DNA from: Candidatus Entotheonellaceae bacterium
GTDB taxonomy: Bacteria > Tectomicrobia > Entotheonellia > Entotheonellales > Entotheonellaceae
Reading direction: 5' to 3'
DNA: 64,000 bases
Assembly (NCBI GenBank): GCA_965238075.1
Contig: OZ250173.1
Coordinates: forward strand, 3,264,001-3,328,000
Position numbers and translations under genes: made by a program. The notes beneath the pieces are model-generated. The model was not told the DNA's origin and did not search any database. It was given only the letters and a program-made list of their open reading frames with translations. Shown here in pieces: positions 38,716 to 48,699 of this stretch. The stretch's first letter is position 1; each line of letters begins with the position of its first letter.

Positions 38716-39227
38716 GCCATCTCCTTTCCCAGCACCACGAACAGGTTCTTGAGCGTCGCCGAAACTCCCTGTAAAGCCACCAGCGCGAAGGCGACCGGAA
38801 TGACGGTTTTCAGGATGTAGCGCGCCGGAATGCCGCCGGGGTCAGGTGAGCCCTCCATGACCGACCAGGAATTGACCACAAAAGGGATTGACGTCCAGAT
38901 CAGCAAGAAACAGGTGGGAAAGAGGAACAGAATGCCGAAGACGAGCTCGACCCAGGCTTTCGCGTGCGGCGACAGGTTGGCGTGCACGATATCGACCCGT
39001 ACATGGTCGCCCTTGAGGTGCGTGTACCCGGCGGCGATCAGGAACAGGACGGCGAACAGGTGCCACTCCAGTTCCTGGATGAAGACGTAGGTGATGTCGA
39101 ACAGGTAGCGCATGACCACGTCATAGGTGGTCACCAGGACCATGATGAGGGTGAGCCAGGCAACGTTTTGGCCTACCTTTTCGTTCAGGCGGTCGATTCC
39201 GCGCACTACGGCGGAAAGAAAATTCAT
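38712..39227 (-). CDS. dctQ: TRAP transporter small permease
   Basis: QELEWHLF, HVRVDI, EGSPDPGG. Confidence 0.92.
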   Translation of the reverse strand: MNFLSAVVRGIDRLNEKVGQNVAWLTLIMVLVTTYDVVMRYLFDITYVFIQELEWHLFAVLFLIAAGYTHLKGDHVRVDIVHANLSPHAKAWVELVFGILFLFPTCFLLIWTSIPFVVNSWSVMEGSPDPGGIPARYILKTVIPVAFALVALQGVSATLKNLFVVLGKEMA

Positions 39228-39417
39228 GCCGTCTCCCCTTCCCTATCGGGTTCACGGTCCGTTCAGGTGGCAGACTTGCGGGTCCCGGAATGCCCTGCAT
39301 TATACGCGAAAGCGGCGCCGGGGGCGCATTGACTGCCCCATGGGGCTGCGCTACCCTGCCCGCCTGCCGCCCACCCCTCGCTACGGGCGGCGCCTGGGTC
39401 CTCAAGGAGCTCCTCCC

Positions 39418-42400
39418 GTGGCTTTCTACGCCGACCTGCACGTGCACTCCAAATACTCACGCGCCACCAGCCGCAACTGCGACCTCGAACACTTGGCGCT
39501 GTGGGCTCGCAAGAAGGGCATCACCGTCGTCGGCACCGGTGACTTCACCCATCCGGCCTGGCTGGCGGAGCTCAAAGACAAACTGGTCCCCGCGGAGCCT
39601 GGACTGTTCCGCTTGCGGCCGGATCTGGAACGGACCGTTGCCGGCCGCCTGCCGCGTGCCTGTCATGGACCTACGCGCTTCATGTTGTCGGTTGAGATAT
39701 CGACGATTTACAAGAAGGGTGAGACGACCCGCAAAATCCATCATCTCATCTACGCGCCCGACTTTGCGACCGCTGAGGGGGTGAATGTCCGCCTCGGCAA
39801 GATCGGCAATCTGAATTCCGACGGGCGGCCCATTTTGGGTCTGGATTCGCGCCACCTCCTGGAGGTCGCCCTGGAATCCGGCCCCGGCGCGTATCTCGTG
39901 CCCGCCCATATCTGGACGCCGTGGTTTGCCGCCCTGGGCTCGAAGTCCGGTTTTGACTCGATTGATCTGTGCTACGCTGATCTGGCGCCGCACATTTTTG
40001 CCGTGGAGACCGGCCTGTCGTCAGACCCGCCGATGAATTGGCGGGTGTCGTCTCTGGACCGCTTTCGGTTGGTTTCCAACTCGGATGCTCACTCGCCTGA
40101 AAAACTGGGCAGAGAAGCTTGCGTGTTTACCAGTGATCTGGACTACTTTGCTATCCGCAGGGCTTTGGAGACCGGCCGGGGATACGCGGGGACCGTCGAG
40201 TTCTTCCCGGAAGAGGGCAAGTACCACCTGGACGGACACCGTTCTTGCCAAGTGCGGCTGTCGCCCCGCGAGACCCGTGCCGCCGGGGGCACCTGCTCGG
40301 TGTGCGGCAGGGCGCTCACGGTTGGCGTGATGCACCGCGTGGAAGCGTTGTCCGATCGTATGGACGACGCGCCGCCTGCCACGGCCGGCAGCGTGCAGAG
40401 CCTCGTGCCGCTGCCCGAAGTGCTGTCGGAACTCCACCAGGTCGGCAGCAAGAGCAAGCGCGTGAGCCACCACTATGAACAGTTGCTGGGTCAGCTCGGA
40501 CCCGAGTTGCCGCTGCTTACGGAAGTGCCGCTGGAGGACATTCGCCGTGTGACGTCATCGCTGTTCGCCGAGGCGATCACGCGCCTGCGCCAGCACCGCG
40601 TCATCCGGGATGCCGGCTACGACGGCGTCTACGGGACGATCCGGCTTTTTCACGCCGACGAATTGCGCCGCCGCACCGTCGGGGCGTCCTTGTTTGCGGA
40701 TGCCACGGCGCCGACTGCGGTCCCGGCGGACAACCGCTCGCCGGCCGTTCCCATCATGCAGGAGCCGGCACCTCACCCCGGTGCGAGGGCGCAGGAAGCA
40801 CCGGTTGCCTACCCACAAAGAAATGAGGCCGTCCCTGAGCTGGATGCAGACCAACGACGAGCCGTCGAGGCCGGGACGGGTCCCATCCTGATCGTGGCCG
40901 GGCCCGGCTCCGGCAAAACGAGGACCTTGACTCATCGGATCGCCCATATCGTTCGCCAACGTGGGGTGCCGGCGGCCCAATGCCTAGCCCTTACGTTTAC
41001 CCGGCGCGCCGCGGACGAGATGCGTTCTCGTCTGAAAACTATGCTCCCGGACGTCTGTGAACAGATCCCGATCTTCACGTTTCATGCCTTGGGACTTTCC
41101 ATTCTCCAGGAACATGGGAACGCGGCCGGCTTGCAGCGCGGCTTTCGGATTGCGACAACGGTGCAATGCCTCGGTCTCCTGCAGAAGGCGTTGGAGGTTT
41201 CCGAGACACAAGCGCGTCGCCTGCTGGCGGCGATCTCGCATGCCAAGCGGACCCAAACGGCACCCGAGGCGGCCAAGCTGGCGCATGCCTGCGAGACCTA
41301 CGAGCGCGAATTGACCCTCCGCAACCTGGTGGACTATGACGACTTGGTCGGTTTGGCGGCCGACGTGCTGGAGGCCCAGCCAGACCTGCAGGTGTCTTAT
41401 CGTCAGCGTTATCCCTGGGTGTATATCGACGAGTATCAGGACGTTGACGAGCAACAGGTGCGTCTGATCAAACAACTTGTGCCGGCAGATGGTAACGTAT
41501 GCGCGATCGGGGATGCGAACCAGGCAATTTATGGCTTCCGGGGCGCCGACGTGCGCTTTTTCGAACGTTTTCAGGATGACTTCCCCAACGCGCAGGTGGT
41601 GCGATTGAAGCGCAATTATCGCTCCCAGCCCCACATCGTCGCGCTGTCCAGCAAACTCATGGCACAGTCGGCCTTTCAATCCGCATCCGTTTCCGCACGT
41701 GCTGTGGAGCCACGCCGTATCATCCTGCATGAGGCCGCCAGTGAGGCAGCGGAGGCGGAATTTGTGGTCCGTACCGTTGAGCAGCTCCTCGGCGGTCATT
41801 CTTTTTTCTCAATCGATAGCGGGCGTGCCGCGGAGGCTGCGACGGACAATTTGTCCTTTGCGGACATTGCCGTGCTCTACCGCACGGAAGCCCAGGCGCC
41901 GGCACTCGTCAAGGCGCTGCATCGCTCCGGCATGCCGTTCCAGCACCGTTCGCACCGTCTGCTCATCGACCATCCCGGCGTTGCCGCACTGGTCGATGCC
42001 TTGGTGCAGCGACATAATGCGGGCTCTCTGCATGAACAACTCACGGCTGCCGTCACGACGTATGGGTATAACGGGACAGATTGCCTCGAAGCATTCGACC
42101 TCTTGCAACCTCTGGCGACCGCGTGTGGAAACGACCTCGAACGATTTCTTGCCGAGCTAGCCTTGGGGACCCAAGTGGACACGTGGGACCCGCGAGCCGA
42201 CCGCATCTCCCTGCTGACGCTCCACGCTGCCAAGGGCTTGGAATTCCCGGTCGTCTTCATCGTGGGATGCGAAGACGGCCTGCTGCCGCTTGTATGGGGT
42301 CAACGCAGCCAGGCAGACCTCGACGAAGAACGCCGGCTGTTCTACGTGGGGATGACGCGGGCCAAGACCCATTTGTATCTGTGCCACGCCCGCCAACGGC

Positions 42401-42537
42401 TCTGGCGCGGCCGCGTGCAAGCGCTGGCGGCCTCACCGTTCCTGGATGATCTCGAGGAAGGCTTTCTGGACCGACAACGTTTCCGGCTTCAGGGCGCCCG
42501 GTCAAGAACGCCGGACGCGCAACTCAAGCTCTTCTGA
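39418..42537 (+). CDS. Endonuclease Q-like PHP domain fused to a UvrD/Rep helicase
   Basis: ADLHVHSKYSRATS, GTGDFTHP, SNSDAHS, GKYHLDGHR, GYDGVYG; AGPGSGKT, IDEYQD, TLHAAKGLEFP, EERRLFYVGMTRA. Confidence 0.9.
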   Translation: MAFYADLHVHSKYSRATSRNCDLEHLALWARKKGITVVGTGDFTHPAWLAELKDKLVPAEPGLFRLRPDLERTVAGRLPRACHGPTRFMLSVEISTIYKKGETTRKIHHLIYAPDFATAEGVNVRLGKIGNLNSDGRPILGLDSRHLLEVALESGPGAYLVPAHIWTPWFAALGSKSGFDSIDLCYADLAPHIFAVETGLSSDPPMNWRVSSLDRFRLVSNSDAHSPEKLGREACVFTSDLDYFAIRRALETGRGYAGTVEFFPEEGKYHLDGHRSCQVRLSPRETRAAGGTCSVCGRALTVGVMHRVEALSDRMDDAPPATAGSVQSLVPLPEVLSELHQVGSKSKRVSHHYEQLLGQLGPELPLLTEVPLEDIRRVTSSLFAEAITRLRQHRVIRDAGYDGVYGTIRLFHADELRRRTVGASLFADATAPTAVPADNRSPAVPIMQEPAPHPGARAQEAPVAYPQRNEAVPELDADQRRAVEAGTGPILIVAGPGSGKTRTLTHRIAHIVRQRGVPAAQCLALTFTRRAADEMRSRLKTMLPDVCEQIPIFTFHALGLSILQEHGNAAGLQRGFRIATTVQCLGLLQKALEVSETQARRLLAAISHAKRTQTAPEAAKLAHACETYERELTLRNLVDYDDLVGLAADVLEAQPDLQVSYRQRYPWVYIDEYQDVDEQQVRLIKQLVPADGNVCAIGDANQAIYGFRGADVRFFERFQDDFPNAQVVRLKRNYRSQPHIVALSSKLMAQSAFQSASVSARAVEPRRIILHEAASEAAEAEFVVRTVEQLLGGHSFFSIDSGRAAEAATDNLSFADIAVLYRTEAQAPALVKALHRSGMPFQHRSHRLLIDHPGVAALVDALVQRHNAGSLHEQLTAAVTTYGYNGTDCLEAFDLLQPLATACGNDLERFLAELALGTQVDTWDPRADRISLLTLHAAKGLEFPVVFIVGCEDGLLPLVWGQRSQADLDEERRLFYVGMTRAKTHLYLCHARQRLWRGRVQALAASPFLDDLEEGFLDRQRFRLQGARSRTPDAQLKLF

Positions 42538-42571
42538 CAACAGCTTCCAACTCATCTTTGGAGAAAGTCTC

Positions 42572-42901
42572 ATGCCTCAGTCCACAATGAAGTCATGGTT
42601 TATTATGCTCCTGATCATGGTGCTGCTCTCGGCTACGACGATTGCGGCGGCCCAGGAAACCATCAAGCCGAACGAGACAGACGAGACGTTAGAGGCGCCG
42701 AACCCGGCCGGCATGATGCTGGTGGATGCCTTCCTTCTGCGACCCCTGGGGCTTGCCGCTACGGTTTTGGGCACGGCCACGTTCATTGTCACCCTCCCCT
42801 TCAGCCTGCCAACGCGCAGCGCTGACGATGCGGCCAAAGCCTTGGTCGTCAAGCCGGCGAAATATACCTTCGCGCGGCCCTTGGGCCAGGTCGAACCTTG
42901 A
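42572..42901 (+). CDS. Small exported/membrane hypothetical protein
   Basis: Signal peptide; DAFLLRPLGLAATVLG...LVVKPAKYTFARPLG. Confidence 0.75.
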   Translation: MPQSTMKSWFIMLLIMVLLSATTIAAAQETIKPNETDETLEAPNPAGMMLVDAFLLRPLGLAATVLGTATFIVTLPFSLPTRSADDAAKALVVKPAKYTFARPLGQVEP

Positions 42902-42992
42902 TTTCCGATTGCATTCATCCCCCTGTATGGGACGAATTGCGCGTCAACATGCTGCCATGTGCATGGCTTATGAGAGATGAGAGGATGAACCT

Positions 42993-44072
42993 ATGAAATT
43001 CGGGCTTATGTACGAGATTCAGATTCCCGAACCCCATTACCCGGGTATCGAACGGGACGTGTACAAGCAAGTCCTGGATCAGGTGACCCTTGCCGACGAG
43101 GTGGGGTTTGACCACGTCTGGACGGTGGAGCACCATTTCCTGAAGGAGTTCTCACACTGCTCGGCGCCGGAAGTGCTATACGGCGCGATTTCGCAGCGTA
43201 CCTCGAACATTCGCATCGGCCACGCCGTGGCCCTGCTGCCGCCGCAGTACAACCATCCGGTGCGCGTTGCCGAGCGCGCCGCGGTGCTGGACATCCTCAG
43301 CGACGGGCGCTGCGACCTCGGCACCGGGCGTTCCACCACACTGATCGAGATGGACGGTTTCCAGATAAGCCCCGAGGAAACGCGGGCGATGTGGGAAGAG
43401 GCCGTCAGCATCATCCCGCGCATGTGGACGGAGGACCCCTTCGAGCACGACGGCCATTACTTCAAGATTCCGCCGCGCTCGGTCATTCCCAAGCCGGTGC
43501 AGGATCCGCACCCGCCACTGTGGGTCGCCTGCGGCCAGCCGGAAAGTTTCTACGCGGCGGGCGAAAAGGGTCTCGGCGTCCTGTGCTTCAACATCGGCGT
43601 GCCCGAGGAACTTCGCAACCGCATCGACAATTACCGCAAGGGCATTGCCAACGCCAAGCCGGTCGGCAAGTTCGTCAATAACCAAGTGGCGGCATTGTGC
43701 ATCCTGCATTGCGCCGAGACCGACGAAGAGGCCATCGACAATGCCGGCATGCACGGGCTGTGGTTCATGGACAAAACGGTAGACCTGTACCAGCCGTGGC
43801 GCCAGAAGGGCAACGAGGTGCCGGATTCATACAAGTTTGCGGTGGATGCGGTGCAGAAGGAACGCGCCGGGCGCACGATTCAGGATTACGTCGACGGCGG
43901 GACGTTCTGCATCGGCAACCCTGACACCTGCATCGAGACGATCAAGAAGTACGAGGCGCAAGGCGTCGATCAGGTCCTGTGCTTCATGCAATACGGCAAA
44001 CTGCCGCATGACAAGATCATGAGCGCCCTGCGGCTGATGGGCAAGCACGTGATGCCGTATTTCCGGCAGTAA
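42993..44072 (+). CDS. LLM-class flavin-dependent oxidoreductase
   Basis: WTVEHHF, HPVRVAERAAVLDILSDGR, PKPVQDPHPPLW. Confidence 0.92.
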   Translation: MKFGLMYEIQIPEPHYPGIERDVYKQVLDQVTLADEVGFDHVWTVEHHFLKEFSHCSAPEVLYGAISQRTSNIRIGHAVALLPPQYNHPVRVAERAAVLDILSDGRCDLGTGRSTTLIEMDGFQISPEETRAMWEEAVSIIPRMWTEDPFEHDGHYFKIPPRSVIPKPVQDPHPPLWVACGQPESFYAAGEKGLGVLCFNIGVPEELRNRIDNYRKGIANAKPVGKFVNNQVAALCILHCAETDEEAIDNAGMHGLWFMDKTVDLYQPWRQKGNEVPDSYKFAVDAVQKERAGRTIQDYVDGGTFCIGNPDTCIETIKKYEAQGVDQVLCFMQYGKLPHDKIMSALRLMGKHVMPYFRQ

Positions 44073-44124
44073 TTTGCCTCCAAGGTGGTAAAGCTGCCGA
44101 TGCGTCCGGGTGGGAAATGAGAGG

Positions 44125-44152
44125 GGCGCCTCACGGGTGCGAGGCGCCTTTT
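44125..44152 (+). terminator. Intrinsic terminator between convergent LLM genes
   Basis: GGCGCCTC-N8-GAGGCGCC-TTTT. Confidence 0.65.
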
Positions 44153-44157
44153 GGGGG

Positions 44158-45015
44158 TCAGGCCAGAATCTGCCGCGCGATCTCATCCATCTCAGCCAGG
44201 GCGCCCTCGCCTTCCGTTTGGTCCAGCCAGATGGTGACGCGGTCTGCACCCGCGTCAATGGTTTCCAACACCGCCTCGCGGCTCTTGAAATGACCGGCGT
44301 GTCCGAAGGCCATGATCTGCACCGTGTCGGGGTCGCGGCCGGCGGCTTCGGCGAGTTCGCTGAGGGTGTTGCGGCCGCGCCGGATCTCGTCGGCCGAGGT
44401 GCGGTTGGGCATCCAGCCGTCGCCCCATTCGACCACACGCTTGAAGACGTTCTGCGCCTTGCCGCCCAGAAAGACGGGCGGATGGGGCTTCTGGGCGGGT
44501 TTCGGCACCGAGAGCACCGGCGCGAAATCGTAGTAGGCGCCGTGATACTCCGCCTCATCCTGGGTCCACAACGCCTTCATGGCCAGGATGGCGTCGCGCG
44601 TCTGGGTCCAGCGGTGCGCGAAGTCGCCGCCCATCATTTCGCTTTCTTCCTTGTGCCAGCCCGCCCCGATGCCGAACAGGAAACGCCCGCCGGACGCTTG
44701 ATCCAGTGAGGCGATGACCTTGGCCAGATGCAGCGGATTGTGCTCCGGGACCAGGCAAATGCCGGTACCCAGCTTGATCGTCTGGGTGACGGCGGAGGCG
44801 CGCGCCAGGGCAATGAAGGGGTCGACGATGCGGCCGTAGGTGTCCGGAACGGCGCCGTCGGGTGAGCCGGGAAAACGCGACGTGGTGTGGACCGGGAGGA
44901 CGACGTGCTCGGGCACCCAGTACGACTCAAAGCCCAAATCTTCAGCATGCTTGGCAAGCACCGCCGAGTCTACCGACGTATTAGTCTGGAAAACGAAAAT
45001 GCCTACGTTCATCAT
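44158..45015 (-). CDS. LLM-class, probably F420-dependent oxidoreductase
   Basis: GFESYWVPEH, DPFIALA, GGRFLFGIGAGW, PKPAQKPHPP. Confidence 0.9.
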   Translation of the reverse strand: MMNVGIFVFQTNTSVDSAVLAKHAEDLGFESYWVPEHVVLPVHTTSRFPGSPDGAVPDTYGRIVDPFIALARASAVTQTIKLGTGICLVPEHNPLHLAKVIASLDQASGGRFLFGIGAGWHKEESEMMGGDFAHRWTQTRDAILAMKALWTQDEAEYHGAYYDFAPVLSVPKPAQKPHPPVFLGGKAQNVFKRVVEWGDGWMPNRTSADEIRRGRNTLSELAEAAGRDPDTVQIMAFGHAGHFKSREAVLETIDAGADRVTIWLDQTEGEGALAEMDEIARQILA

Positions 45016-45043
45016 TAACTGCTCCCTTTTCTGTGGTTCATCG

Positions 45044-45134
45044 GAACCCCCCAACCCCCCTTCTCAGGGGGGCTTCGATGCCCATGCTCGATTCCAATGT
45101 TCTCGCCCTCACAAGGGGGAGTTAGAGGGGGTTC
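45044..45134. repeat. ~90 bp REP/MITE-like element
   Basis: GAACCCCCCAACCCCCCTT ... AAGGGGGAGTTAGAGGGGGTTC terminal inverted repeats; inner CCCCCC-TTCTCA-GGGGGG hairpin. Confidence 0.6.
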
Positions 45135-45141
45135 GTCAACC

Positions 45142-46242
45142 CTAAACCTTAAAGTCCGCCACCCCCACGTCCAGCAATACGGTTTGCTGCACCGACGGCG
45201 GTAACGAGGTAATGCAACTGGCGAGACAGGTGTCAATGTCCGGGGCGAAAGCGCCATGAGTGGTCAGGAAGGCATCCAAGTCGCCGGCACCCTTGGCGAT
45301 CATGTCCTTGGCAATGGCGTGCGTAGCCAGGGAACGCTCCGGGTAACGGTCCAGGATGAAGGAAAATGCCAGGGTGATGTTGATCATCGGCTGGATGGAC
45401 AACCGGGAGAGGCCCTTCTCCTGGGCGAGTTTGGCCGCGTAAATGGCATCGACCACGGCGTGCCGGATGCTGAAGCCGGTGGCCCAGTCGTCGTCTTTGA
45501 CCCCCTTGCTCAGGGCCACGTCCCATTGCCGAGTGCCGCCGGCGCCGCCGTTGAGAAAGTCGAAGTAGGCGCCCTGCTGTTCGCCGCCCATAACGCCGTC
45601 GGCGAAGCATTCCGCGTACAGCGCGGCACCGGTGCAGATGCCGGTGCAGCCGTTGAACACCAAGTGCTGTCCGATGAGCTTGGTTTCAGCGCCAGCCGAG
45701 ACGGAGGCACCGTAGTTTCGGGGACGCCCCAGGACTTCGAGGGTCGGTTCCAGGCGGCTGTAGATCTCCTGGTCGCCGCTGGCCAAGATGAGCATGCCGT
45801 TCGGATGCCCGCCGCCGAGCTGGGCGCCCAGCGGTCCACCGGTGAGTGGGTAATTGACGTAGCCAACGTCCAGCCCTTTGCAAAACGCCTCGGCCGTAAC
45901 TGTGAAGCCGGCACTGACGGTCGACATGTGCAAGATGAAGGGCGTCGCGTCGCAGCGCTCATGCAGCAGCCGGGCGAGATCGGCGATTACCTTCAGGTCG
46001 TCGCCGTTCTTGCCGCAACACGCCACGACACCGTCGATCTGTCCGTCGCCGACCAAGGCATCGAAGGTGCCCACGAGCTCGGCGCCGTGTTGCCGCCAGC
46101 CCTCGCGAAAGGTGTCCCTGTGCTGGCCCGGGTTGCCCCGGTCGTGCACCCGCGGCACGCGGGCCGGCCCCCCCGGTTTCAGATGCGTGCCTGCCGGACC
46201 TGCCATCAGCCCTAGTCCGCCCACGTATGCAAGCCGTAACAT
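45142..46242 (-). CDS. NAD(P)-dependent oxidoreductase, divergent beta-hydroxyacid dehydrogenase-like
   Basis: GGLGLMAG, LHMSTVS, PLTGGPLGA, ETKLIGQ. Confidence 0.7.
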   Translation of the reverse strand: MLRLAYVGGLGLMAGPAGTHLKPGGPARVPRVHDRGNPGQHRDTFREGWRQHGAELVGTFDALVGDGQIDGVVACCGKNGDDLKVIADLARLLHERCDATPFILHMSTVSAGFTVTAEAFCKGLDVGYVNYPLTGGPLGAQLGGGHPNGMLILASGDQEIYSRLEPTLEVLGRPRNYGASVSAGAETKLIGQHLVFNGCTGICTGAALYAECFADGVMGGEQQGAYFDFLNGGAGGTRQWDVALSKGVKDDDWATGFSIRHAVVDAIYAAKLAQEKGLSRLSIQPMINITLAFSFILDRYPERSLATHAIAKDMIAKGAGDLDAFLTTHGAFAPDIDTCLASCITSLPPSVQQTVLLDVGVADFKV

Positions 46243-46377
46243 TAACGGTCCCTCCGTTGGTTCGGTTGTGCGGATACGGGCGATCGACGCACTGCGGCCC
46301 GTCCGACGTCCGGTTGACCCTTCGCGTTTCCTTCCGATAGTATCGACGGCGGATTCTATCACAGCCAGGAGGCGTGC

Positions 46378-47025
46378 ATGTGTCGGTTTCTACTGCTGTC
46401 ATCTGACGAGCCCTGCGGTGTGCAGCAGGTTGTGGAGCAGTTCGCGCGCATGTGCGAACAAAGCACCTGCCTGGATGGCGATTGGCAAGGGGATGGATGG
46501 GGCGTGGCCTGGTGGCGGGAGGGTGAGGGCTGGTCCCTGCATCGGTCTCTGGCGCCGATCTGGACCGAGACGGATTACGGGCGCCAATTGCCCGCCACGC
46601 GCCGCCTCGTGGTGCATGCGCGTGCCGCCTCATTCCCGGAACACAAGGGTGATCTGGCGTTTGCGCAGCCCTACGTGCACGGGCCGTACGCTTTCGTATT
46701 CAACGGTCTCATTGCGGGGGTGCGCCTACCGCGCGGCATGAAGATTCCCGGTGCCATCGGGGCGGAAAAAATCTGGTATCTGGTGCGGCAAAGGCTGGAG
46801 GAAGGCTTCGTGCTCCGGGAGGCCCTGGCGTGGGTGTACGCCTTTCTGGAGCGCCGCAGCCGCAGAATTCAGGCGTGCAACATGGGCCTCAGCGACGGCC
46901 GGCAGGAGGCGAGCCACAACGGCAATCCCACCGGCCATCCGTACTATCAAATTCATCAGGCGCAGCGCAGAGGCGTGCGCCTGATTTGTTCCGAACCCTT
47001 CGGCGACTGGCCGTGGCAGGCTTAG
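46378..47025 (+). CDS. Class II glutamine amidotransferase (Ntn hydrolase)
   Basis: N-terminal MCR, DGWGVAW, VHARAAS, FVFNG, ICSEP. Confidence 0.85.
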   Translation: MCRFLLLSSDEPCGVQQVVEQFARMCEQSTCLDGDWQGDGWGVAWWREGEGWSLHRSLAPIWTETDYGRQLPATRRLVVHARAASFPEHKGDLAFAQPYVHGPYAFVFNGLIAGVRLPRGMKIPGAIGAEKIWYLVRQRLEEGFVLREALAWVYAFLERRSRRIQACNMGLSDGRQEASHNGNPTGHPYYQIHQAQRRGVRLICSEPFGDWPWQA

Positions 47026-47636
47026 CCCCAGAGTTCCTCCAGGCGTTGGGCACGGCCGCAGTTCCACTTGTAGTACTTGTAGCGCAGCGGGTTGTGCTTA
47101 TAGTAGTCCTGGTGATAATCCTCGGCGGGATAGAACCTCGAAGCCGCGATGATCGGCGTTACGATCGGCTCCGCGAACGGCTTGGATTCCTGGAGCGCCG
47201 TTTTGGAAGCTTCGGCGAGTCGCATCTGCTCGTCGTCATGCACGAAAATGGCGGTGCGGTACTGGTTTCCGAAATCGCAGAATTGCCGGTCCGCGACGGT
47301 GGGATCGACATTGCGCCAGAAGACGTCGAGCAGTTGCTCATAGGTGATCTGCGCCGGATCGTAAATCACCTCGACGGCTTCCGCATGACCGGTTCGGCCG
47401 TTGGTGACCTGTTTGTACGTCGGATTATCGGCGTTCCCTCCGGTGTAACCTGAGGTGGCCGATGTAACGCCAGAAACCTTCTCGAACGCCTCTTCCACGC
47501 ACCAGAAGCAGCCGCCTGCAAACGTGGCTTTGGCGTGTTCGGTCTCTTCCGCTGTTGCGTGAGTCGCCATCACGGCCAGCAAGACGCCGGCCAGCGCAAG
47601 AGCAGTCATCCAACTGGGTATGCGTTTCGTTGTCAT
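47022..47636 (-). CDS. msrA: Peptide methionine sulfoxide reductase A with signal peptide
   Basis: FAGGCFWC, GYTGG, FYPAEDYHQDYY. Confidence 0.95.
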   Translation of the reverse strand: MTTKRIPSWMTALALAGVLLAVMATHATAEETEHAKATFAGGCFWCVEEAFEKVSGVTSATSGYTGGNADNPTYKQVTNGRTGHAEAVEVIYDPAQITYEQLLDVFWRNVDPTVADRQFCDFGNQYRTAIFVHDDEQMRLAEASKTALQESKPFAEPIVTPIIAASRFYPAEDYHQDYYKHNPLRYKYYKWNCGRAQRLEELWG

Positions 47637-47745
47637 AATACGCTTCCTTTTCTAATTGGTTTAACAATACTTTCCAAACCGATTTAACAACCAGCCTGTA
47701 TCCGTAAACAGCCATCCCACCCAAATAAGTCCCCCAATGGCAATT

Positions 47746-48699
47746 TTACTTCCGTAACATGCCGAAACTGAATCCGGTAATCAGATGCTTCTGGATGAGG
47801 ATGCCGAGCACGACCACGGGCAGGGTAATGACCGTGCCGATAGCGGCCTGCGGGCCGTACAGGCGGCCCTCCACGGCGCTCTGGAACTTGTTCAGCAGTA
47901 CCGGAAGGGTGGATACCTGCGGCTGCGTGAGGGTCAGCGCGAGCAGGAATTCGCTCCAGTTGAGGATGAAGATGAAGAGAAACGTTACCATCATGCCCGA
48001 GGCCACCAGGGGCAGCACAACGCGCCGCAGGGTGTAGATGCGGCCGGCTCCCATAATGCGGGCGGCATGTTCCAACGTGTAGGGTACTTCGTCGATGAAA
48101 TTGAGCATCATCCAGATCACGAACGGCAGGGCCGTCGCCACATACAGCAGGCCGAGCCCGAGGTAGGTATCGAACAGGCTGATGCGCACGCCCAGCAGCA
48201 ACTCGGTGGTGTAGGGGATCAGCACCGCATAGTACATCAGGATGGGAATGGCAATGACGATGGGCGGCACCATGCGGATGGTCAGGACGAGGTAGCGAAA
48301 ATTCTTGCCGCCCACGTTGAAGCGGGAAATCGAATAGGCCAGGAAGGTGCCCATGAGCAGCGCCACTAGGGAACTGAGCGTGGCGATGGCCACCGAGTCG
48401 CCGACTGCCTTCCAGATGTTGTAGACCTGTTCGGTCGCCTCGCGGCTGGGTGCGGTAGCCAGAGGGCCGACAGCCAGAATCTGCTGGTAGTTGTACAGGG
48501 TGGGCTGATGCGGCAGCCAGTGCGGCGGCCAGGCGATCCACTCGCCCGATCCCTTGAACGAGGTCGACACCATCCAGAAGATGGGAAACAGCACGACCAT
48601 AGACCAGGCGATCAGGACCGCGTGCCGAAGATATGGAAAGAGCCGCCGCCGTCTCGCCTTGGCGGTTGACGCGTGAGGTTGGTTGCCCGTTGCCATCAT
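47746..48699 (-). CDS. Carbohydrate ABC transporter permease
   Basis: LEHAARIMGA (EAA-like loop), NWSEFLLAL, QKHLITG. Confidence 0.9.
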   Translation of the reverse strand: MMATGNQPHASTAKARRRRLFPYLRHAVLIAWSMVVLFPIFWMVSTSFKGSGEWIAWPPHWLPHQPTLYNYQQILAVGPLATAPSREATEQVYNIWKAVGDSVAIATLSSLVALLMGTFLAYSISRFNVGGKNFRYLVLTIRMVPPIVIAIPILMYYAVLIPYTTELLLGVRISLFDTYLGLGLLYVATALPFVIWMMLNFIDEVPYTLEHAARIMGAGRIYTLRRVVLPLVASGMMVTFLFIFILNWSEFLLALTLTQPQVSTLPVLLNKFQSAVEGRLYGPQAAIGTVITLPVVVLGILIQKHLITGFSFGMLRK

